The notes beneath the pieces were generated by a model, which saw only the letters and a program-made list of their open reading frames with translations, searched no databases and was not told the DNA's origin. A stretch of DNA of 64,000 nt from Eledone cirrhosa. Its lineage: Eukaryota. Location of the stretch: contig OZ024746.1 of the NCBI GenBank assembly GCA_964016885.1, positions 4,464,001 to 4,528,000 on the forward strand, given 5' to 3'. This document shows positions 1-13,192 of this stretch, piece after piece. Within the stretch, counting starts at the first letter, position 1. Every line of letters begins with the position of its first letter. Both the position numbers and the translations under genes were made by a program.

Positions 1-388
1 TGCTGAGAAAGAGTACAAGTGAAGGCAGGACAACATTGCTAGATTGGTTCAATGGAAGCTCTGTCATAAGTATAACATAAGTAGAAGTGTGGTAATGCCT
101 GGAGCTGAATAGGGAAATCAGCAACCTATAGAGAATCTACGATGATTTATATACAAGTGATAATCGTACAAGTATAGGTAAACAACCATTCAAACAGAAA
201 CAGTTAATTAACACATATTTACACAGAACACAATACATATAACACCCGCGTATCACCAGGAATTATTAAAAGGGAGACAATTTAACCAAATACAAATTTC
301 AAGTATATAAGCAGTATCAAATGTCGGACATTAGCAAGCGTAAGAAAAGCAGGGAAGAAGTATATGGTTATATTATTACTTGCATAAA

Positions 389-565
389 GGGCGGTGGATT
401 GGCAGTATCGGTAGAGGGACGGACGCCATGCATTGAAGCATAGAGTTACCTCCCTTTATGATCTGAGTTCAAATCCCGCCGAGGTTAACTTTGCCTTTCA
501 TCCTTACGGGGTCGATAAAATAAAGTACCAGTAATGCACTGAGATAAAGGTAGAAGCAATTATTA
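389..565 (+). mobile_element. tRNA-derived SINE, family A
   Basis: Head GGCGGTGGATTGGCAG (A-box-like), B box GAGTTCAAATCC, conserved body CTTTCATCCTTACGGGGTCGATAAAATAAAGTACCAGT, AT-rich tail; about a dozen dispersed copies in the window. Confidence 0.9.
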
Positions 566-820
566 TTCTTGTATTTGTTAGAATGTTTATAAGATGAGGT
601 TAAATAATATACAAAGAGAGGAAAGTAAAAGGCAAAAATTAAAAGTAGTTCCGTGGCCACAATAGTAATTAGTTTTCACATTAATGGATATACAATATGT
701 AAGATCTATATTATTATAAGTCGAGTTCCTCGTCCCAATACTAATGAAGAAATGGAGGACATAAGTTGGTGATATCAGGCGTACAGAGTTCAAAATCGGA
801 ACTATGAATGACTGATCATA

Positions 821-1010
821 ATTGTTTCTACTTTTAGCACAAGACCAGCAATTATCCCAGTGTATTACTGGTATTTTATTTTACCGACCCTGTAAGGATG
901 AAAGGCAAAGTTAACCTCGGCGGGATTTGAACTCAAGCCATAAAGGGACGTAACTCTTTGCTTCAAAGCATGGTGTCCGACCCTCTACCGATACTGCCAA
1001 TCTACCGCCC
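821..1010 (-). mobile_element. SINE family A, full length
   Basis: Reverse complement of family A; diverged flanking duplication TGAATG(A/G)CTGAT(C/A)ATAAT. Confidence 0.9.
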
Positions 1011-1058
1011 TTGAATGAATGGCTGATAATAATGCCAACTACTATTATGATCTTCATG

Positions 1059-1105
<47 letters not shown>

Positions 1106-1147
1106 GTATATATATCAATGTGTTTATGTATGTATCTCTCTCCCCCC

Positions 1148-1197
<50 letters not shown>

Positions 1198-2186
1198 GCA
1201 TGTATATATTCATTCATACATAATACATATATAATAGAGATGTGTCTGAGTTGATCATATATGCATACAATTATGCGCATAAAGATGCATGCATGTCTGT
1301 ATGTGGAAGATGGATGTGAGTATATACACCAGTCTATTGTTTCAATAAACAAGTTGCTTTATATATCATTATTACTGTTTATCTTACAGAGTATCGACTG
1401 TTGGCGCCTCTGTCTTTCCATACATAATTTCACAGAATGTTATGTAAGGCAAAATATTATAGTATCTCGCACAAATAGTTTCGTGGTAACAGATTATATT
1501 TGATAGTTTAAGAGAATGTGTTCGAGTCCTATTCTTAACTTTCCAACTAAATAGCCAGTATTTCTTTTATTCTAGACAAATGCAATAAATGATTTAGTTT
1601 CTTGAAGACAATTCGTACCAAGTGAATATGCTGTGGTTTGTCCACAAACTACAATCAACATCACAACACTATACTATATATCCATTACATTGTTAATCCG
1701 CTAATAAAATGGTTCTTCTTGAAATCTTTGCTGAATCCAACCTACTATAGACGTTCATCTATTGGCTTATGAGATTATAATCTTCCCTTCCGTGGCGGTA
1801 ACCCTCTCACATGACATGCGAGATGTAGTGCCACATCAAACAGCAAACTTTTAAATTCCGCGGAAGACCTAGATTTCGTTGCCCAACAAACTGACGATCG
1901 CAAGCTGATGAAATATCAACCATTTTGATAGACAGATTAATTATTGAAGATATAACGGTGGAAACCTCGGGCGTTCTAGTGTCCTCTGCGGTGGGACAGA
2001 GTTAGTTAGCTGCCCGTAAAAATGTACCAGGCGGGTCTCCATCAATATCTTCGGAGGCAACGTCTTTGAAGTCCTAGGCTAAGAATGGGAAGGTAAAACG
2101 TGAAAGGAATAACAGTCAAAATTATGTAAAGAAAGCGAAAACTATAAAACTTCCTACCTTATTCCTTCATATTGATTCCGTGTATG

Positions 2187-2245
<59 letters not shown>

Positions 2246-2249
<4 letters not shown>

Positions 2250-2388
2250 ATAATAATAAATGTGAAGACTAAAATCCAAAGAGGGCTCGATAAGGATAAA
2301 TATATATAAAATATATAAGAACCCTAGAACAAATGTTTATTAAAATAACAGATTAAAGTTTAAGCAAAGAATCGCTGCTTTCACCCTT
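2246..2388 (-). mobile_element. Short TA-embedded element family E, truncated copy without inverted arm
   Basis: Close match to 27183-27325; TA tracts on both sides. Confidence 0.75.
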
Positions 2389-2635
2389 ATATATATAAAT
2401 GTGTGTGTGTATGTGCGTGTGTATACGGGTGTGCTTCATATTGTGTATGTGTCATATAACTATGTATAAAGTTTGTATGTGTGTGTGTGTTGTGGTAAGC
2501 TACGACTGGACATACGTTTCTACACACACCATCACCATTAGATGTGTGTATATGTGTATTATATGTATCCCGTTTAGCTTCTGATTTGTGTATATGTAAG
2601 TGTGTGACTGTTATTGTATATATATATATATATAT

Positions 2636-3455
2636 TTGGTGCAGGCGAGGAATCACAATGAGGACCAAGGTGAGAGTGTATGCTGCATGTGTACTGTCAG
2701 CTTTGCTGTATGCATGTGAGACATGGGTTGCCTACAAACGGCATATCCACAGACTGGAACGGTTTCACCAGCAGTGTCTCAGAAAGATGCTCGGTATCAA
2801 GTGGCAGATGAGAGAAGTGAGTTGCGGAACATTGAGAGTATTATCCACCAACGGCGTTTGCGATGGACCGGACACCTCTGCAGAATGGAGGATGATCGAA
2901 TCCCAAAAGAACTCTTGTATGGCGAGCTTTGTGAGGGTAAGAAACCACCTCACAAGCCAAAGCTCCGATTCAAGGATTGTGTAAAGGACTCATTGAAAAA
3001 AATTGGTTTGATGATAGCTGTCTGGGAGATAGAAGCTCTTGAAAGAGAGACTTGGCGTGGAATGGTGAATGATGGGGGTCCATAATTTTGAGGACAGATG
3101 CATAGAGCACGAGAAGATCAAACAGGATGTGTGTAAGCTATGTCATGGTGTATCTCTCGAAACGATCGGTGTCTCCATTGAATTGAAGTGCCCTGAGTGG
3201 GGAAAAATTTGCTTGAGCAAATCTGGTCTCGGGAGACACAGCCGCAGTCATGTTCAAAGAGAACCAGTGAACAATGATCTTCACGGTATTGTAAAGGTTC
3301 ACATGCAACCCGATGTAAAACCTCAAGCCAGGGAGATCCATAGTTGTCGTCAGTGTGTGAAGGAGTGCAAGTCTCTAGCAAGCTTGAAAAGCCATATCCA
3401 AGCGTCCCACATCTGAATCTGACAAGCGATTGCAATACTCTTGGCAGAGTTTGCA

Positions 3456-3462
<7 letters not shown>
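2636..3462 (+). mobile_element. 5'-truncated RTE-clade LINE 3' end, frameshifted
   Basis: Peptides VYAACVLSALLYACETW, LERFHQQCLRKMLGIKWQ, RRLRWTGHLCRMEDDRIPKELLYGEL, GKKPPHKPKLRFKD are typical RTE post-RT motifs; then two C2H2-like fingers; flanked by (TA)n. Confidence 0.9.
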
Positions 3463-3525
<63 letters not shown>

Positions 3526-3573
3526 ATAAGCAACGAAATGAGGTGTGTGGTTACTGTAAACAAAGTTTAAGAT

Positions 3574-3574
<1 letters not shown>

Positions 3575-3657
<83 letters not shown>

Positions 3658-3661
3658 GAGA

Positions 3662-3747
<86 letters not shown>
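3575..3747. repeat. (TA)n-(GA)n compound microsatellite
   Basis: Directly visible. Confidence 0.95.
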
Positions 3748-3751
<4 letters not shown>

Positions 3752-4374
3752 TTGAAAGACAGAAAGAAAGAAAAAGTTGTAAAACTAAAAAGTTAAGTAA
3801 AAGACACCCAATAGATAAGAATATTGAAATGTGGAAAGTGGAAACAAGAAACAAAGAGGCAAATATTCCTGAAATTCATTTCAGCTGAGAAGCAATGTAT
3901 TGTTTAATTCGACCTTGGTCTAACAACATTGTAAATGGAAATATTCCTCAAGAAAAATACTGATCAACAAGACTACAAGACCGACAACAGAGCATATTTG
4001 ATATGTTCGTTTGTCTTTCCTCTCCAGACCGATCATAGAGGTGAAATAAGAACTAGTTAATACTAAAAACAATAAGATGTTTATCACATCCAAACATTTC
4101 AATATATAGGAAAAACAAAACATACGGTTGAATAGCTTACAATTTATCTATCTATAAACTCAGTAAGCAGAATTGACAATTCACTGATGCCAAAACATTT
4201 TCATGTCTCACAAATTAATATAGTTCTCGGCAATATGTTGCCTTCTTTTCCACACATTATCTTACATTTTCATTGTCTGGGCCTTGTCTCTTTCTTTTTC
4301 TCACCACTGACTGGAAACACGCGCACATGCACATATAGATGCGCGTATTCACACATAGGCATAGACGCACATCA

Positions 4375-4712
4375 ACACATATATATTTATATATGTATAT
4401 ATTTATATATATATATGTATGTGTGTGTGTGTGTGTGTGTGTGTGATGTATGTATATACAAACATATTTGTAAAATAATAATATACGTTTATATGGACAA
4501 ATTAACATACATATATGTAGTACAATTATTTTATATTTAGTTGAATAAACACTCACACACACACATACATACATACATACATATACACATACATATATAC
4601 ATAAATACAAACACACACATACATACATACATACACACACACATACATACAAACACACACACATACACACATACATACAAACACACGCACTCACATACAT
4701 ACACACACACAT
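4375..4712. repeat. TG/TA then CA/TACA degenerate microsatellites
   Basis: Directly visible. Confidence 0.9.
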
Positions 4713-5949
4713 ATCCTTTCAACTGCCTCATCAAAATAACTATTGATGTGTGTATAAGTATTGGTTCATCTCTATTCCACCATTTTCTTATACTATTCAT
4801 TCTAATGATTGTGTTCAGTGACAAAGAGATAGGATTCTTGCGTACAAGACTGGGCCAACTTTTCAGGTTGAGAGCAACACAAAGCAACACTGAGCCGTCC
4901 AATAAAGATACAGATCTAATCTATCTTGAAGCAGAGAGACTTTTCAGTATAAAAACTGAACAATTTAATTATCTGCCACATTGATTTATGGACAGTGTAT
5001 TTTGCTTTATTTATTGTTAGCTTGATTTTTCAGTGAGAAAAAAAATTTTTTCTCGATATAAAATTCATGATAGAAATATTACATAAACGGTGAAGTGTGT
5101 AAGATATTGATTGAACTACAGTATCTTAGATCGTCAGTTCAAATGTTAAGCAAACATTCTGTTGTGTTTCTGTATAAAACAGTTCATTAAAAATTTCACT
5201 TTGAATCTCTGTTGTCAAATTAAACTAACGAAAATGGCTACCATCTCAGCAGGAGTTATTTCTTTCGATATATCTTGAAACTGGGACTAAATTTTTCTAC
5301 GTGAATTTTATGAACCACCTTCTGATAAATAATGTGCATCAATGCATTAGAACATGAATACATAGACCTGTAATCTAATGGATTAGAACAATTCGTCCTT
5401 TTAGTTTAGAAATAAAGGTTCCTACTTTTAATCAATCTGATCCAGACGCAGTATATACGTATAAATAATTCTTCATCTTAAAATCGCAGTTAAATGCCTC
5501 AACAATTATTAAGAAAAAATACATACCAGAAATTTAGACATTTAATTAACGTTAGTTGTGTGTGGGGTTTTCTTTTTGGTGTACCTGGCCATGTACATGG
5601 ATGCTATGTGGCGTTGCCGAATAAATTCAATAAAATGTATCACAAAAGTTCCGAGTAGTGAATTGTGTAAGTAGGTAGCCGAAATTTACAATTTTACTTG
5701 TAAATTATTTTTAAAAATCCATATAATGAGTCCCTGTAGATTGTTTTCATCATAATTAACACTGGTCAACAAAATTTGGGTTTTTTTCTGCTGTCCTAAG
5801 TTTGCGAGTAACTTGGGTCACCGAGTTTTAAAATGACAAAACTTCTTTGCTATTACGTCAGGTTCTTTTACTTGGCCAACAAGTATACAAAATATACGTG
5901 TTTATAGGATACAACGGTTCCTGCTTCAGCTCTTATAGGTTGTGAGCAA

Positions 5950-6050
5950 AAGCAGATTGGAGTGGCACTGGGTAGCAGGAGGACCTCACGGTTCTATCAG
6001 GAGGTTAAAGATGCCATCCAAGAAAAGAAGGAGCCTTACAAAGCTTGTTC
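5950..6050 (+). mobile_element. Possible decayed LINE fragment (endonuclease-RT linker)
   Basis: FYQEVKDAIQEKKEPYKAC resembles the WWNxEVKxAIxEKKxAYKxW linker motif of non-LTR elements; very short. Confidence 0.4.
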
Positions 6051-6637
6051 TTGGAAACAAGTCCTCCTTGTTACACGTGTGGTACAAGCAGGTGTGAAAA
6101 GTCACAGCAGAAACAGTAAAGGGTTAAGCTATAATCTGACTTTAGATCAACAACTAAAGTGTTCTGGCAGATAATCCACTGACTTCATAGTAAGAAGTTC
6201 ACCTTCGTGCCTGCTATCAGGAACTCATCTGGAGTTCTTCTCTTTTCAGAAAGGTGCATCCTCGTGTCATTACTTATACCGATGTTCTATTGTTTAGAAA
6301 GGTGAACCATTGCTTACAAAGGTAAACCATTACTTAGGAAGGTGAGCTGTAATTTTTAAAAGGTGCATCATAACACTGCATATAAGAGATATTTAAAAGT
6401 GTTGGACATCTAACTGTAAAACACTCGGTCTAAATATGACAAAGTAGGTACAAAAATAAATCCCGGACTTTACACAATCTCAAAGAAACACACGACTTAT
6501 CTCAAAACTCCATCAGAAATGAGGGTCTGTCATTTTACTCTGCCACACATGTGCACTACACAATCCTTCAGATGGTGGTGGTGATGTGTAAGGGAGGTAA
6601 GGATGGCGTCAGTGGGAGAAAAAAGAAGACGAGACTG

Positions 6638-6696
6638 GGTTTTGATTATTCAATTCCAGTATTGGCAGTCAATACTGGAATTGAATAATCCAAACC
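6638..6696. repeat. Inverted repeat (about 27-bp arms)
   Basis: GATTATTCAATTCCAGTATTG ... CAATACTGGAATTGAATAATC. Confidence 0.9.
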
Positions 6697-6723
6697 GTAG
6701 CGGTATGTGACATATCAAATCAT

Positions 6724-6788
6724 ATATTTTGTCTGATGAAAACGTACTTAAACACCATTGTACCTTTGAAATATGTATAGTAAAATAT
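6724..6788 (+). ncRNA. Degenerate type I hammerhead-like motif
   Basis: CTGATGA, stem II AAA(C)GTAC/GTAC(C)TTT, GAAA-T-AT-G-TA; stem I imperfect. Confidence 0.45.
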
Positions 6789-6944
6789 ATATTTTGATTA
6801 TGAGAATATTTTTCATTTATTAACATTTTGAATAATATTAAATACTCCAGAAAAATCCTTTGTTGAGTGCTTCTAATCTATTGTAAAATTTTATTCGTTG
6901 AGTAATCAACGAACCATATTAATCTTTGGTTATATATATATATA

Positions 6945-7716
6945 AAATTGCAAGTTTGAAGAATTATTAGATAAAATATATCCAGTCTATCCTCACCCTA
7001 GTCCGTAGAAATCAACTAGTTAAATAATCATTTAAACGGAGCTATAAGTTTAAAATGTAACTATGAAGAAATAATAGATAAAACGATAGAGACTATTTTC
7101 CACGAGGAACAGTCAGATAAAATGTTGATATTTGCTTGCTAGATTAAAGTAAGACATTTGTAGGGTGGCATTGTAATATACAGTAAGTCTAAAATATAAG
7201 TTAGAAGAAAAAATGCATATAAACTTCACCAAAATTCCTCTAGTACCGACTATCGATAGCTTCGCTCGTACTTTGTGGATATGTCCTATCTTGGTATTAT
7301 CCATGAGGCTTAGAGCTTATCAAGAGACCCCTCAGGTTTGGACTAAAATTTCTACAGTGATCGCCGCCAGAAATGAATTAAAAAATGGCTAAGAATCATC
7401 ACGTGGCTAGAGGTCATAGTAGAAGGTTGTGAATGGTGGCCAGGTGGCAGGTAGACTGGCTGCTAGAAAGAGCAGCCAGATACCACCTAAAGTTTTACTC
7501 TACCTTACGGGAGTATATATTAAATTATGTATATATTTAGACATATATTTAGACATAGTCACAGATACATATATGAGTATGGCTACCTTTCACGGTGTGG
7601 CTCAATGAAAAGTTTAATTAAGCAAATAATTATTATTCAGAGCTATATATAAAATTTATCTAGTCTTTCCTCTTAGCCCGTAGAAATTAACTAGACAAAT
7701 AATCAATAAAACGGAG

Positions 7717-7720
<4 letters not shown>
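6945..7720. mobile_element. TA-flanked element with diverged terminal direct repeats; partial inverted copy at 8680-8760
   Basis: CCGTAGAAAT(C/T)AACTAG..AAATAATCA..TAAACGGAGCTA-like block at about 7000-7045 and 7678-7720; 7303-7350 recurs inverted at 8714-8760 joined to the same terminal block. Confidence 0.6.
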
Positions 7721-7775
<55 letters not shown>

Positions 7776-7777
<2 letters not shown>

Positions 7778-8668
7778 CGTTTCTGAATTTGTTTAGCAAG
7801 ATTCTTTATCTGAAAACGTGTGTTGAAACCGATATTATTATGCTTTGGGAGGGTCATGTTGCCAATAAAAAACACACGCACCAGTTGCTTTCACTTCAAT
7901 TTATTATAAATTAAATTTAGAAATTTAGGAATTTATAAATTTCCAGTTGGTTGGTTGGTTCCACAACCAGACGTTTGTTCACATATTGTCAAAGTTTTTC
8001 GTCACACATTCTGTGACCTCTTCAGTGACTGGGGATTCTTTTCTTTGTTTTTGTGCCTCTCCTTTGTTCTGTCCTACGCCATCTTGTTGTTGTGTGTGTT
8101 GTGTGCTTAGTTTGCGCATATGTTACATCCGGGTGTCTGTGTGTGTTTATATTTGTTTATTTATTTGTTTATTTACATGTTACAGGTTGGTTGTTTGTTC
8201 TATGTGCGTGTGTGTTTTCATTTTGTCCTTAATTGTAAGTTGTGATGTTGCTGTTCCATTCATGTTTTCTATTTAATTTTGGTTGGAGTTCATTTATCTT
8301 TATTGCCTCTGTGATTTGTCTAAACATTGCGTCTTTTCTGTGTGTAGATTCTATTTTTATTTCTATTTTCTCTAATTTACCCTTATGTTCTACTTTAGCA
8401 TGTTGGTGGAGTACAGATGATTCTTTACTATCTTGAAGCTCTCGCCAGTGTTCATTTATCCGTTCTCCTATACTACGAGCTGTCTCACCTATGTACACTA
8501 TATTCTGATCTCTACATTGACCTTCAGTACATATTATGCTATATACTACATTTCTAATTTTTCAGTTAATATGGGGGCTTAGTTTACAGATTATACATTT
8601 CTTATCTATACAGGGAGGTGCTTGAAAAGGGTATGTATTGCTAATAAGTGTTTTTATGGAGGTACCTA
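7776..8668 (-). mobile_element. Penelope-like element 3' end: decayed GIY-YIG endonuclease, 3' UTR, hammerhead-like motif, tail
   Basis: Minus strand reads NVVYSIICTEGQCRDQNIVYIGETARSIGERINEH...SVLHQH...RQITEAIKINELQPKLN, the PLE GIY-YIG signature (VY-x-YIGET, R, EH, EA..I, P.LN); both ends in (TA)n. Confidence 0.85.
7988..8029 (-). ncRNA. Minimal hammerhead-like motif in the PLE 3' region
   Basis: Minus strand GTCA-CTGAAGA-G-GTCAC agaatgt GTGAC-GAAA-AAC-TT-TGAC; stems I and II pair, stem III is defective. Confidence 0.6.
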
Positions 8669-8759
8669 TATATATATATCTTAACTCCGTTTAATTGATT
8701 ATTTGTCTAGTTAATTTTAGTCCAAACCTGAGGGGTCTCTTGATAAGCTCTAAGCCTCA

Positions 8760-8797
8760 TTGATCGTTCTATTTTGCTGTTAAATAGAACGATCAAT
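8760..8797. repeat. Short inverted repeat
   Basis: TTGATCGTTCTATTT tgctgtt AAATAGAACGATCAA. Confidence 0.85.
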
Positions 8798-9288
8798 TTT
8801 CTGTAGGCACAAAGCAGCTACTAAATTCGCAAATTTCATACCAACATGATTCGATCCAGCAATCCCATAATTCAAGCTGAACCACCCAGAGTCTATTATA
8901 ATAACTACATACTAACCTATTATTAACTGTCAACAGACCAACTAATCACTAAATCAACATCATAAACCTCCTAACCTTTCTTTCACTTTTTTCACTCTTT
9001 CTCCCTAAAGCTATTTCTCCTCTTCCCTTGTATCCTATCCTGTATCTCTTAATCTCTAACCTAACTTCTAATTTATTAATATATCTTTTATGTTATTTAT
9101 CATTATATTATTTTTCCCTACTCTAACCATCTGTGATTTAACCAATACATATGTATATATTTAATATTTATTTTCATATTAATAATATTCCTACCCTCAT
9201 CACATCTTTATACTTACACACCACTATAACTTTAACCACCACCACTACCACCACCACCACTATTTTAAACAATCATATTGTTCATATA

Positions 9289-9408
9289 TATTTTTATTTT
9301 TATTTTTATTTTTATTTTTATTTTTATTTTTATTTTTATTTTTATTTTTATTTTTATTTTTATTTTTATTTTTATTTTTATTTTTATTTTTATTTTTATT
9401 TTTATTTC
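9289..9408. repeat. (TTTTTA)n hexanucleotide microsatellite
   Basis: Directly visible. Confidence 0.95.
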
Positions 9409-9636
9409 TTTATTAATGATGTTATTTGAATTCTCCGTAGTATAAATACAAACATCGAGTGTAATTTTGTCAGTTATTCCGATGATTTGATTAGGCATAC
9501 TCTGTATTTAAGATTGAGTGACACAACTTCAAGTGATTAGCAACCTTTAGACATCCTAATCAATGAAACAATTGTTAATACTGTAAATAAAACCCTTTTT
9601 GTACTGTTGACCATTTTATTCTTCACTCTATCACTA

Positions 9637-9686
<50 letters not shown>

Positions 9687-9687
<1 letters not shown>

Positions 9688-9877
9688 TTTATTTTATAGA
9701 AGGAGCTTCTACAGGACTAGTACTGTTTCATTCAGATGAAATCTTCCTGAAGATTTCATCTGAATGAAACAGTACTAGTCCTGTAGAAGCTCCTTCTATA
9801 AAATAAAAAAATTTACTCTGCCATGTATTGAGTACCTTACTTACTGTGGTTATCCCCGACTCAACCCGGGACCTACG
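9687..9877 (+). mobile_element. Hairpin mini-element B: about 60-bp perfect arms (9687-9809) plus one-sided tail, in (TA)n
   Basis: Axis ATCTTC-ct-GAAGAT falls on CTGAAGA; followed by TTCA tc TGAA and GAAAC. Confidence 0.75.
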
Positions 9878-9901
9878 TATATATATATCTATATATATAT
9901 C

Positions 9902-10093
<192 letters not shown>

Positions 10094-10112
10094 TGTACGA
10101 ATATATATATAT

Positions 10113-10519
<407 letters not shown>

Positions 10520-10520
10520 G

Positions 10521-10563
<43 letters not shown>

Positions 10564-10590
10564 GTAATATATATATATATATATATAATG

Positions 10591-10704
<114 letters not shown>

Positions 10705-10746
10705 GAATAATCCTTATATATGTGTTAAATCCGGTGGTAGGCAGCT

Positions 10747-10838
10747 CAACAGATTGGTCAGTTGGTAGAGCAGGGGATTGTAGTTTGTTATAGGAGGCTC
10801 TCATCCTTAGGCTGATGGTTCGAATCCTTCAAGTTAGT
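10747..10838 (+). pseudogene. tRNA-Tyr(GTA) pseudogene retaining an intron
   Basis: D arm GGTC AGTTGGTA GAGC, anticodon arm GGGGA TT GTA G [19-nt intron 10784-10802] A TCCTT, T loop GGTTCGAATCC; matches eukaryotic tRNA-Tyr layout but acceptor stem does not pair. Confidence 0.75.
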
Positions 10839-11518
10839 TAGTTAGTTACGCCCCATCCCCCACCCCCAATTCTCGTCTTCTTTTTCCTCTCACATCGTCA
10901 TAACCAACTAACTAACTAATAATAATAATAATAATATATCAATATATACATAATATAATATTATATATATATATATATATTTTATGGTGAAAGAGATGTT
11001 GGGAGAAAGAAAGACAGTCATATGTGTGTATGACTTGATATGTACGTATGTGGACATGAGTGTGTACGTGTGTATATGTGAAAGTGTGTGTGGAATGGCG
11101 GAGATATTTAGAGTAGAGTTACAATTATTAGATTAACATATTTATAGCATAAACAGAGTTTATAATACTTATTATAGTTGGCATCCATATTTAGAAACCG
11201 GTTTAAAACTACAGACCTACTTCAACACTATATCTCTAAGGTAGACATATTAAAACAATAAATCTAGTTGGACGACAGCCTTATTTCGACAATAAACCAT
11301 TTTTCCAAGCATGCATTGCCATGTTAATTAACTTCAGAGATCAATATTTCTTAGAAAATTCCAATTATACCATAAACAGAGAATGGCTGATTTATTCTTC
11401 TTTGAAAATGGAAATTCATCGAAGAGGTTCAACTGAAACAATATAAGCAACAATATAATTTTTACTGTGTAACGATGTATGTATGTGTGAATGTATGTAT
11501 GTAAGTATTTATATACGT

Positions 11519-11549
<31 letters not shown>

Positions 11550-11557
11550 CATATATT

Positions 11558-11589
<32 letters not shown>

Positions 11590-11669
11590 CATATGTATAT
11601 ATAAACAATATATATTTTATTGTTTTTTGTATGTATGTGTATACGTAGGTATATATGTATATATATATG

Positions 11670-11721
<52 letters not shown>

Positions 11722-11745
11722 CATATATATGTGTGTTTGTGTGTG

Positions 11746-11782
<37 letters not shown>

Positions 11783-12080
11783 ATATCATCATCATCATTT
11801 TACGTCCGTGTGTGTGTTTATGTGTCTGTGTGTCTGTGTGTGCTTGTTTAAAGAATGTATCAAGAAGATGACTAAGAAACATATTCACACGTCTTCGCAT
11901 GAAAACATTTTACAGAGAACTTGCATGCGAACACACAAACACACACATATATGTATATATATGGGTGTGTGTGTGTGTGTGTCTGCGTGTGCGTTTTCGT
12001 ATGTGTAAAGAGAAAGAGATACATAGGCGTTCATGCATACATACATACATACATACATACATACATACATACATACATAC

Positions 12081-12278
12081 ATGGTGGCTGCCAACTCGTT
12101 TTCGAGTACGGCCACTACTTTATATCCATGTAGGAGAACCCCTACCGATGCGCTGAACGAGTGTGACGTTTGACCATCAGAGTTGCAGGTGTTATATCAG
12201 AGTTTTCCTTCTAGAATTCTGCCTTGACAAAGGCTAAGGTGTCATCTCTCCCGGTGATTTTGGATGGCCATTGACTCT
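12081..12278 (-). mobile_element. Non-autonomous element R, short copy in (TACA)n
   Basis: Reverse complement of 54544-54650 joined directly to 54893-54979. Confidence 0.75.
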
Positions 12279-12663
12279 ACATACATACATACATACATAC
12301 ATACATACATACATACATACATACATACATACATACATACATGCATGCATGAACTCAGGTATGACATTGGTTTTCTTAGCTATGACGAGGTCAGGAGTTC
12401 GTGGTATTTTCACCATAGTGAATTCGGCCGAATTATTTGTGCAGACGTAAACCATACGAGAGCCTCTCGGATGGAATTAATTTCAATGTGCACCCTTCTC
12501 ATACATGTTACCGCGAAATACTCTGCCACATTCCCTGCTATTTCAATGAATTGGCTGATCTGTTGCTCATATAACTCATATAACTGTGCGTAGATACATA
12601 CATACATACATACATACATACATACATACATACATACATACATACATACATACATACATACAT

Positions 12664-12760
<97 letters not shown>

Positions 12761-12775
12761 CACATATATATATAT

Positions 12776-13192
12776 ATATTTGAAAAAAAGGAAAAGTATG
12801 ACTTCACTTGTAGTTCTAAATAATTTGATTTAATTTTATAATATTATAATAATTGTTTCTACTTTTGGCACAATTACCCAGTACATTACTGGTACTTTAT
12901 TTTATCGACCCCGTAAGGATGAAAGGCAAAGTTAACCTCGGCGGGATTTGAACTCAGACCATAAAGGGACGCAACTCTATGCTGCAAAGCATGGTGTCCG
13001 ACTCTCTACCGATACTGCCAATCCACCGCCCTACCAATTATAATAATATGAGTTGGTATGACTAGATCTACCAACTCATATTATTATTATATTATAAAAT
13101 TAAATCAAATTATTTAGAACTACAAGTGAAGTCATTCTTTTCCTTTTTTTCAAATATACCTAACTGTACCAAGGACCTCACACATTTTCCAA
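12776..13192 (+). mobile_element. Hairpin mini-element D, left arm interrupted by a SINE
   Basis: 12776-12850 plus 13038-13058 is the reverse complement of about 13069-13158; tail to 13192; TA tracts both sides. Confidence 0.8.
12851..13031 (-). mobile_element. SINE family A
   Basis: Full-length match; duplicated ATTATAATAAT flanks. Confidence 0.9.

Noticed and set aside
389-480. SINE heads as functional tRNA genes
   Set aside because: A/B boxes present but no cloverleaf; always fused to the SINE body
1885-1920. Hammerhead-like CTGACGA..GAAATATC
   Set aside because: Stem I does not pair and stem II is imperfect; kept only as a weak relic
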